A DNA stretch of 64,000 bases from Lingula anatina (Eukaryota; Animalia; Brachiopoda): assembly GCA_051362555.1 (NCBI GenBank), contig CM120640.1, forward strand, positions 50,632,788 through 50,696,787, given 5' to 3'. Shown in pieces: positions 50,206-60,403 of this stretch. The position numbers and the translations under genes were made by a program. Each line of letters starts with the position of its first letter. Positions within the stretch are counted from its first letter, which is position 1. Under the pieces are notes generated by a model. The model ran no database searches. It worked only from the letters and a program-made list of their open reading frames with translations, and had not been told where the DNA came from.

Positions 50206-51213
50206 TCAGTCATCTTCATCACCAAACACCGGACCTCTTCCCGTAACTGCGCCCCATCTGTCATCCATTTGAATGCTGACTTCTTTACCATCACGATAAG
50301 AAAAAACGCCTTTCGTGATGTTTCGTGGCACCTGGTTTCTTGGCAGTAGGACGTCCGCAACTCCTCTGTGACCTAGAGATCCTAGGCTGTTCGCCTTTCT
50401 CAGCTTTGGGAAGAAAACAGGAAGGTTATGGCACTGAATCTTTTTAGCATTTCTAAGGTTCACTTCTGTGAGTGAACGTGTCACTAATAACTGAGGGGGG
50501 ACCATTCGCCCACGCAAGTATAGTTCTAGATTTTCTCGGGCGGAAAGCTTGTTTGGCTTTCGGGATGAAGAAGAGTGTTTTTCGCCAGTATTGATGTCAC
50601 AAACGTCACAAAACGTCACAGATTTTCTGAGCACTGCAGGCGCAGACCTGGAATTGCGCCGGGAGAGAATAGGCTTCACTGTGACGGGTTTAGGTACAGA
50701 CCAACTGTTTTGTGATGATGTATCCTCATCTAAAATTTGCCCACTTTCTGCTTCGCGGAAACCGTCTGTCTCTTGTGTATTTTTTCCCGATATTTGGCTA
50801 GATTCCATGTTCAACGTTGGCGAAGATATGCTGACAAATTTCCCTTTCCCTTTCACGGCAGTTTTCGCCGTGCGAAAATTGAAGGTTGGCACAAAGTTTA
50901 TGTTCTCATGTGATCTTGTCAATGTAGTTGATGCTGAGTTCGTTGTAATCCTGGGCCTCTTTTCCAATATTTGTGACTGTGCTCTGTTACAAAGACGAAG
51001 TGAGCTGGATCGCCTTGAAAGATACGGAGTCATTCCAAGTGTTTCTCTCCGACCGTCTTTCAATGGTTCCTGCTTGGGCCGTGATGTATGTGACGTATGT
51101 AACCGCTCCACGCTGCCGACGTGGCCCGCCTCTGTCATGGCAGGATTGTCATCGATCGAGAGTCCAAATGGAGCAAAACAACTGCGACGCGGAAAAGACC
51201 CTGAGTATGACAT
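50206..51213 (-). CDS. Uncharacterised 335-aa Ser/Arg-rich protein with RVxF-type motif
   Basis: Long ATG-initiated ORF, GC-richer than flanks; KPILSRR...RKSVTF; AT-rich downstream region with AATAAA (minus strand) near 49925 and 49708. Confidence 0.65.
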   Translation of the reverse strand: MSYSGSFPRRSCFAPFGLSIDDNPAMTEAGHVGSVERLHTSHTSRPKQEPLKDGRRETLGMTPYLSRRSSSLRLCNRAQSQILEKRPRITTNSASTTLTRSHENINFVPTFNFRTAKTAVKGKGKFVSISSPTLNMESSQISGKNTQETDGFREAESGQILDEDTSSQNSWSVPKPVTVKPILSRRNSRSAPAVLRKSVTFCDVCDINTGEKHSSSSRKPNKLSARENLELYLRGRMVPPQLLVTRSLTEVNLRNAKKIQCHNLPVFFPKLRKANSLGSLGHRGVADVLLPRNQVPRNITKGVFSYRDGKEVSIQMDDRWGAVTGRGPVFGDEDD

Positions 51214-52767
51214 TGTGATTTAGATATGAAGTGTATATGTTCCGTTGTTGTGAAGTAGTTTCATCCGCGTATCACTCACCCCATTATTTAAGCCTCCCTG
51301 CGCTTAAAACAAGCTTTTTCTAGACGCTTCTGTGACAGCCAACTGATGTATGTTTCCGTATTCTAACTTATCGTTATATACACTGACTACAAACACAAAT
51401 TACTCTTTGTATTTGTATTTACTATTGTACGATCATGCCATATAATTGAACATCGATGCGAAAAATTGATCAAGGCAGCCAGACGGAACTTCAACATAGT
51501 GCGATGAATTGTCTCATAAACTGGGGCTAATCGAACGCCACCATGAAGTTAAGTGACTTGCATGAAATAAAGAAAACGACCAATTTTGCCAATATTTGAA
51601 CTCCGACCTCAAATGTTGGTTTAATTGATAGTTAGATGCTGTAGGTAGTACCTTTACCAAAATGCTTTGTGGTGGTGTTATAAATGTGGAAGTGAGTTTG
51701 AGTTTATATTTGTTTAATCATTCACTAGTTCTTGTTATTACTCAAGATGAAAGTAAGCAAACAGACAGTTTCCATTATATGCACAGAGTAGAGATACATT
51801 ACGCCGAGGATGGTTTAAAACTATTATACTCTCTGAATCATGAAAAAAAAGTTATGTTGTCAACTCTACAAAATATTTTGCATATTCATTATTTTCACAT
51901 CTGTCATTCTAATGTTCATAACATGTTGAACGATATTTACATACACTGTAAAAATATATAGGCGGAGAACTGTTATGTCAGCAACCTTTAAAAAACGTTG
52001 ATCTTTGTTTTAAAAATATGAAATTGTGTGCGCCATCGTTAAATGTGAAGTTATTTTTGTTAGAGCACTTCCCGCCAACAGGTCGCCTCCTTTTCATCTT
52101 AAAATTATTACAAATTGAAATGCAAAAAAGTCGGTTTAAATGAGTTTATTCATAGAAGATACTATTAAACATTGCAAAATTCGATGAAAAATATTGACAA
52201 TGGCATTGGCAACTAATGGCACTTCCTCTCTAAATGTAATGTGATCCTAATAAGTATGGTCTGTGATCGATAGTGTTATTACTGACACATTTCACTACAA
52301 AACAAAACAAAATTCATAAAATATCATTAAAACTATTGCAGATAAAACAATCTGATGCAAGTAGCATCATTATTGGCTATATTTCATCAATAACGAAACG
52401 TTAGCAAAACAATACAAATAATGGTCTAATAAACATATTGGACACTAACACATAGAGGGAACTGAACTTATTGTCGATGTTGTCGTGACACAAACGGGGT
52501 CCACCAGGGCTCGATCACATATCCCGAGTAATTGGTATTTAACTTCATATCATTCATTACATGCTAAAAACCTCAACTTCAAGTATCAATATAAACTTTT
52601 TGATATAGGACGTATAGTATTGGAAGTACGGCTGTCTATACACTCCTTGCAAAACATCAGTGATGAAAGACAACAATAAATAGACTCGTTTGTACTCGTA
52701 GTCAACTCGTAGTCAACTCACAATACGATTACATTATTGTGGTAACTGTCGCTAGCAATATGTAGTC

Positions 52768-53982
52768 TTATGTATGGTGGCTCCTTCTGTGTCGTAGCAT
52801 ATTCCCAGACTGACTGAATGATTTTCCACACACATCACACGAGTAAGGTTTCTCTCCGGTGTGGATACGTTGATGTTTGTTACAGGTAGAGACGTCAGCA
52901 AAGCGGCGATGGCAAGTGGGACACTGGTAAGGACGCTGTCCAGTGTGAAGGCGAATGTGGGTCTTCAAAGAGCACATCTGCGTAAAGCACTTGCTGCAGT
53001 GTGGACACTTAAACGGGCGATCGGTGGAAGCAGTGTGGCTACGAATGTGGTTGTTGAGATTGTTTTTACTACTGAATTGCTTTTCACTAAGGTGACAGAA
53101 GTGTCGTTTTGCGGGTGGACAGTCGGTTGATGATGTGAAATCAGTATTGTCACGTTGACGTTTACGATTAGAAGGAGTACGGGCCACAGAGCCTTCCACT
53201 TGTGAAATGAAGTCAACTTGACGGCTGAGGACGCCATCATCGGTGTCTTCGTGGTCCAGAATGTCACAATCACTGTCAGGAGAGTTATAGCCAGATTCCA
53301 ATTCCTCCCTCAGCATTTCAACAATCAGAGACAAGTCTGTAGTTTCTCTGGCTGGAGGTAACCTGTAGATGTCAAACTCATTTGGACATTTTCGTTTGAC
53401 GTTCAAAGCGTTAGTGGCGGTCTTGTTTGAACGGATTGGGTCTTGTCTACTGTCTTCATTATCCGCGTAGAAGTCAGTGTGAGGTTGGCCTGTCTCTAGG
53501 GTTGTGAAATTGGTCGTCTGGTCAGTGGAATGTTGGTCAAGTTCTCGGATGCGGCCGATGACATGCTTCAGGTCGCGCGTTGACTGGTTGTAAGACACTT
53601 GCTGTGCAGGAACAGGAGTCAGGAGGAAGCCACTGCTGCACGATTTACCAGGTAACCTACAATAAAAGATACAAAAATATCAAATGCACTATTCATGAAA
53701 ATAATGCATTTAAGTTATTGAAAATTTGAAACTGAAAATAATTCGAAAGATCACACGGTGATATTTCTGACGGGACATATCGCATAAATTAAACACACAA
53801 GACATTTAGAAGATGATTGAATTAATTTTCAGAGTAAGAGGAGCCAGTTAATGCTTATGCAATGTCTCTTACCTTTCACAGGTATGTTGGTCGTTATCAT
53901 ATCGAGACTGAAGGAGATGTGGTGGCCAGGCTGCAGTGAAATGACTGGTGAAGTGATGGGAGGGGTTCATCCACATACTCAT
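52768..53982 (-). CDS. Glass-like C2H2 zinc-finger protein, copy 1, 332 aa
   Basis: Exons 53982-53873 (MSMWMNPSHHF...) and 53656-52768, GT-AG, in frame. One degenerate and three canonical fingers with TGQRP/TGEKP linkers. Confidence 0.85.
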
Positions 53983-55269
53983 GGTTATCTGTTTTTTTAA
54001 AAAAAGTGCAAAAATACACAATGTATCACAATTTTTTTCTTAAACTGCTCAATAAAAAAATCGTTGAAAAAAGTGATTCGATATCGATTTTATCTATAAT
54101 ATCAAATTGCAATTTAGGTTAATTTAGTGTGTCTTTACCTGTAGTTTAAAAAATATGCTTCAGTGTATCACTTTCAACGTGATCAATTCCATAGCAACAT
54201 ATATTTTTTACTCTAGATTAAAAAACGCACATACCTCTTGTTCAGGTTTTCTTCCGACACAGTAGGTGTAGTATACTGGTTCTGGGTGCGTCTCTTGTTA
54301 CGTCTGCGTTATAGCTCTAGCGAAGAAGATTCTGAAAGTTCTTGAAACTTTCGCAGCCTTTAAAGAAATCCGTCATGCTCCCAACTTTGTGCTCTGTCCT
54401 GCAATTGGCCAGAAATTTTCAATGGTCACAGATCAGCTAGCTTTTTTAGCCTTAATTATCCCTTTAGGGGAAGCGGAGCAACCCGTTAAGGCGTGTCCTT
54501 TGATCGATCTTAATCTTCTTTCCTATTTACCTGTATATCTTGGTTTTGTAAAGGTGACAGCACACCTTAATGATCTAGCGCAATGATCCGAGGAGCAATT
54601 AACTGAATTATCTAAACCCGAAAGACCTTTGATTATATGATCAGAGGAGAAGGGCACGTGTGATCAGGTCTTATCTGATCCTCACCTCAAATTAGCGGAC
54701 CAGTTACAGTAGGATTAGATCCCTTGAAAATACTTCTTAACAATCAACCATTTCAAACTCAAGACAAAATTTTTTTGTGCTTAGCAAACGTCATTTATAT
54801 TTTCATTTTTTTGAAACGTGCTTTACGGGGTTAACGCGTGAAGTTGAGTTTTCCTCGGGAAAAAAATTATCCTACCCATATTTCATCGCTCGACTTGTCC
54901 CTGCACTTGGATTCGAGGTTTTAGTTATTTTCTATTTAATGATATATATTTAATAACCAAGTAGAAAACCATATCTTACTGTACATATCACAAATTTGGA
55001 ACCATTGACATCAGTTACTTATAATTGAGTTTTAATAATTTATAAGGTCTGAATTGGGAAAGTTAAAGAGCTTTTTAGGATATGAAGACACAGAAGGTTT
55101 AACTTCGGGAAATTTTCAAACGCGTACGGTATACAATTAATCATTCCAAAATATAGTAAAGAATTCACACTAGTCTGTAGGCAAAGAATTACAAAATAAT
55201 ATAACTAAAGAAAGCAACAAGAGCATTTTCCTTCTTATAGAAAAAAGAACACCGATAGATTATTTTAAT

Positions 55270-56560
55270 ATATATATCAAAAGACCAAGACTCGGATAAA
55301 GTTTTTCGTTACTTTTCCCATTCCAATTTGATAAAGAATTTGTCAGTATTTGTGAAGAATCTTTTTTGAGAAAATGTGTCGACTGACAAATTAATTCCGA
55401 TAAAAAACATCAGTGCCTTCACTGGTGGAGATAATAAAAAATTAAAAAGAGTTTATCGTCCTTAGTGATATGTGTCGGGCACGCGCTCATAATGACTGTA
55501 TGGTAACCGTTATAACAGATCTCGCACCGTTCTTGACGTAACGGTACAGAAATAAACTAAAAGCGTCTCAAAAGGTTGTAAATAACCGTTTTTGATCAAA
55601 ATTTTGATTGTTTTGACTAAAGCAGTGGATCATACCTGAGGAATAACCTACGGCTGTCAATTTTTTGTACCTGAGGCACAGGGTCTCGGTGAACTGATCA
55701 GGTGGGTGGATTCGTGTGATCAGAGGTTATCTGATAACAATCAAGATAGCCGATCAGGCCCTTAAGCTAGAAGTAAGAGGTATTTTTCAAGTAATTACCC
55801 AGCCAAGCAATCTCTTTCTTATATAAAATGCAGAACCCTACAATATAGTGAAGAATTTAAATTTATATGTCATGCTTAGAAATTTGAAAACAACAACAAC
55901 AAGAGAGAGCGACAAGAGCACAAACCTTTTGAGGAGGAAAATATTATTGACGTTCTACGTAAAATATTAGCTGACCAGGATTCAGTTCAAGTTGCATTTT
56001 CCCTCTCCTTGCCTCCGTGATGAATTTGCCATTTTTTCTCAAGAATCATTTTGGAAAAAAATGTGTCTAATAGCAAATGGCATTGAACAAACATGAACAC
56101 ATCACACCTTCAGTGGTGGAAATATTAAAAATTAAATAAGAGTTTATCGTCAATTGTGACATGTACCGGGCACGCGCTAAGGCGGTACTCACAGTGTCTG
56201 ATATAGTAAGAGTTACGACTGACAAGCATCGAGTTACCTCGCGCCGTTCTTGACGTAACGGAACAGAAATAGTGAAAGTGTCTCAGAGAGCTGTATGGAA
56301 CCACACTTTTGGTTGTTTTATCCATTTCAGTGGATCATACCAGAGGAATAACGTACGGCTGTCATTTTTTATACCTGCGGCACAGAGCCTCTATGAACTG
56401 ATCAGGTAGTCGGGTTACCTGTGATCAAAAGTAATCTGATAACAATCTAGATAGCCGATCAATCCCTTGTGCTGACAGTGAAGGCTATGTCTCAGGCTAT
56501 TACTCAGTCAAGAAATCCCATTCTTATATAAAAAGACGGAAATTTGAAAACGTTGAATAT
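55270..56560 (+). promoter_or_regulatory. Two paralogous ~600-bp motif-rich modules ending in TATA boxes (repeated at ~60275-61570)
   Basis: Each module has GGATCATACC, TACCTG, paired TGATCA, CTGATAA and CGATCA, then TATATAAA (55820, 56525, 60854; mutated at 61531). Confidence 0.45.
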
Positions 56561-57727
56561 CTAATTTTATTGAAGACAAATTTGTCCACGCATTCTCACT
56601 GATACTTAATTGGAATAATGCGTTTTTGAAGGTCGTTAATGACGCTTATGTTGAGGACAAAAATAAAAATTATCACATATACAGGCATTTCATTGGAATT
56701 ATTTCAATAAAAATAATCACCGAAGATTGAGTTTATAGGACTACAGGTTTCTGTTCTCCGTTTAACTTCAACAAAACTCTTGTGAAGAAAAAAATATCCA
56801 CCAGAACAACCGTTACTTGTGCTGATGACGAAGACGTTGACATGTCGGCCAATTTTTGACATTTATCTTAAGAAGATTTATTTCTGTGATAGTACCGAAT
56901 ATACAGAAATATAACACATAATATATAAGTATGAATATATTAGTATAGGTCCATCCCTATAGGCTTACGAAGTCGCATGTTTTACCAATACTTCTTAAAA
57001 GAAACCTCACTGTCTTTCTGTGAAAGTCTGTGAAGAGCACTCAAGGTCTCTCCTCAACCACCTCATCATCAGGAAAGATACAATACCTCATTTTGCTTAG
57101 TTCTCTTATCTGGACGATTAAGTTTAGTGAAATGGTTTCTTTTTCGTATCTGAGGCATTGGTAAATACTGACCAGTGACCAGTATTTGAATTTTATCTGA
57201 ACGGTATCAAATAATCAGAAAAAATAAAAAGTTACATATATTTCATTTATTAGGGTTGCAATACAAAGCGTACATTTTCTATAATTGGCAATATATAACG
57301 CTTTTACCACTGGATGATATTATTCCAGAGTCATGTAGAAGAATAAATCTGACAAGCATAATACATAATAACACGCTGAAAACGTTATTGTTTGTGTTTT
57401 GATATCTTTTAAATATACATGTATACAATATTGACAACTTATTGGCAATCTATCACTTCAACCGTAACAAAATATCACAGTCACATGAAAACTTAGTATA
57501 AACATTGATATAATACACCCCAATTTTTAAATTATCAAGCAACTTTGGCGACTCCAGCAACAACATGAATTGGGAAATATACATGTACAATCACTTCATC
57601 TTACATGGATAATCCTCGATATAAGTGGAAACGTAATAAAAGGAAAAGTTTGCATATTTGGTCAATATGTGAGCTTTTTTCACAGCTTTCTTTGTACATT
57701 GCTAATCAGTTAAAATTACAGTTTGCA

Positions 57728-58960
57728 TTATGAGTGGTGGCTCCTTTTGTGTCGTAACATATTCCCAGACTGACTGAATGATTTTCCACACACATCACAC
57801 GAGTAAGGTTTCTCTCCGGTGTGGATACGTTGATGTTTGTTACAGGTAGAGGCGTCAGCAAAGCGGCGGTGGCACGTGGGACACTGGTAAGGACGCTCTC
57901 CAGTGTGAAGGCGAATGTGGGTCTTAAGAGAGCACATCTGCGTAAAGCACTTGCTGCAGTGTGGACACTTAAACGGGCGATCGGTGGAAGCAGGGTGGCT
58001 ACGAATGTGGTTGTTGAGATTGTTTTTACCACTGAAATGCTTTTCACTAAGGTGACAGAAGTGTCGTTTTGCGGGTGGACAGTCGGTTGATGATGTGAAA
58101 TCAGTAGGGCTATTGTCACGTTGACGTTTACGATTAGAAGGAGTACGGGCCACAGAGCCTTCCACTTGTGAAATGAAGTCAACTTGACGGCTGAGAACGC
58201 CATCATCGGTGTCTTCGTGGTCCAGAATGTCACAATCACTGTCAGGAGAGTTAAAGCCAGATTCCAATTCCTCCCTCAGCATTTCAACAATCAGAGACAA
58301 GTCAGTAGTTTCTCTGGCTGGAGGTAACCTGTAGATGTCAAACTCATTTGGACATTTTCGTTTGACGTTCAAAGCGTTAGTGGCGGTCTTGTTTGAACGG
58401 ATTGGGTCCTGTCTACTGTCTTCATTATCCGCGTAGAAGTCAGTGTGAGGTTGGCCTGTCTCTAGGGTTGTGAAATTGGTCGTCTGGTCAGTGGAATGTT
58501 GGTCAAGTTCTCGAATGCGGCCGATGACATGCTTCAGGTCGCACGTTGACTGGTTGTAAGACACTTGCTGTGCAGGAACAGGAGTCAGGAGGAAGCCACT
58601 GTTGTACAATTTACCAGTTAACCTACAATAAAAGATACAAAAATATCATATGCACTATTCATGTAAAGAATGCATTTCAGTTATTGAAAATTTGAAATTG
58701 AAAATAATTCGAAAGATCACGTGGTGATATTTCTGACGGGACATATCGCATAAATTAAACACAAAAACAATGAGAAGATTGCTCAAGAATGTGATTGAAT
58801 TAATTTTCAGAGTAAGAGGAGCCAGTTAATGTTTATGCAATATTCCTTACCTTTCACAGGTATGTTGGTCGTTATCATATCGAGACTGAAGGAGATGTGG
58901 TGGCCAGGCTGCAGTGAAATGACTGGTGAAGTGATGGGAGGGGTTCATCCACATACTCAT
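57728..58960 (-). CDS. Glass-like C2H2 zinc-finger protein, copy 2, 334 aa
   Basis: Exons 58960-58851 and 58622-57728; near-identical to copy 1 with a 6-nt in-frame insertion. Confidence 0.85.
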
Positions 58961-59784
58961 GGTTATCTGAAATGGTAATATGATGTTTAAAAAAAGTGCA
59001 AAAATACACAATGTATCACAATTTTTTTCTTCAACTGCTCAATAAAAAAATTGTTGACAAAAGTGATTCGATATCGATTTTATCTATAATATCAAATTGC
59101 AATTGAGGTTAATTTAGTGTGTCTTTACCTGTAGTTTAAAAAATATGCTTCAGTGTATCACTTTCAACGTGATCAATTCCATAGCAACATATATTTTTTA
59201 CTCAAGATTACAAAACGCACATACCTCTTGTTCAAGTTTTCTTCCGACACAGTAAATGTAGTATACTGGTTCTGGGTGCGTCTCTTGTTACGTCTGCGTT
59301 ATAGCTCTAGCGAAGAAGATTCTGAAAGTTCTTGAAACTTTCGCAGCCTTTAAAGAAATCCGTCATGCTCCCAACTTTGCGCTCTGTCCTGCAATTGGCC
59401 AGAAATTTTCAATGGACACAGATCAGTTAGCTTTTGATTACACCCTTAATTATCCCTTTAAGGGGAGCGAAGCAATCCGTTAAGGCGTGTCCTGTAATCG
59501 ATCTTAATCTTCTCTACCATTTACCTGTATATCTTGGTTTTATGAAGGTGACAGCACACCTTAATGATCTAGCGCAATGATCCGATGAGCAATGAACTGA
59601 ATTATCTAAACCCGAAAGACCTTTGATTAAATGATCAGAGGAGAAGGGTACGTGTGATCAGGTCTTATCTGATTCTCACCTCAAATTAACGGACCAGTCA
59701 CAGTAGGATTAGATCCCTTGAAAATAATGTTAAACAATCAACCATTCCAAGACAAAAATTGTCTATGCTTAGCGAACGTCATTT

Positions 59785-59802
59785 GTATTTTATTTATTTA
59801 TT

Positions 59803-59838
<36 letters not shown>
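59785..59838. repeat. (TTTA)n/(TTA)n microsatellite specific to array unit 2
   Basis: Expanded relative to the homologous site at ~54795-54812. Confidence 0.85.
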
Positions 59839-60358
59839 TGTGAAAGGTGCTTTACGGGGTTAACCCGCAAAAATGAGTTTTCCTCGGGAAAAAAAATTAT
59901 CCTACTCATATTTTATCGCTCGTCTCGTCCCTGCATTCGAGGTTTTAGTTATTTTCAATTTAATGATATATTTTAATAACCAAGTAGAAAACCATATCTT
60001 ACTGTACATGTCACAAATTTGGGACCATTGACATCAGTTACTTATAATTGAGTTTTAATAATTTATAAGGTCTGAATTGGGAAAGTTAAAGAGCTTTTTA
60101 GGATATGAAGACACCGAAGGTTTAACTCCTGGAAATTTTCAAACGCGTACGGTATACCATTAATCAATCTAGTCTGTAAGCAGAGAATTACAAAATAATA
60201 TAACTAAAGAAAGCAACAAGAGCATTTTCCTTATTATAGAAAAAAGAACACCGATAGATTATTTTAATATATATATAACAAAAGACCAAGACTCGGATAA
60301 AATTTTTCGTTACTTTTCCCATTCCAATTTGATAAAGAATTTGTCAGTATTTGTGAAG

Positions 60359-60359
<1 letters not shown>

Positions 60360-60402
<43 letters not shown>
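60360..60402. repeat. Poly-T run specific to array unit 2
   Basis: Over 40 T, versus TCTTTTT at the homologous site ~55360. Confidence 0.85.

Positions 60403-60403
<1 letters not shown>

Noticed and set aside
50549-51223. 224-aa plus-strand ORF
   Set aside because: Antisense shadow of the 335-aa ORF, with a non-ATG start and no recognisable features.
57706-58239. Alternative-frame ORFs overlapping the ZF genes (also 52965-53273)
   Set aside because: Length is not conserved between copies and starts are non-ATG; explained by the ZF coding sequence.
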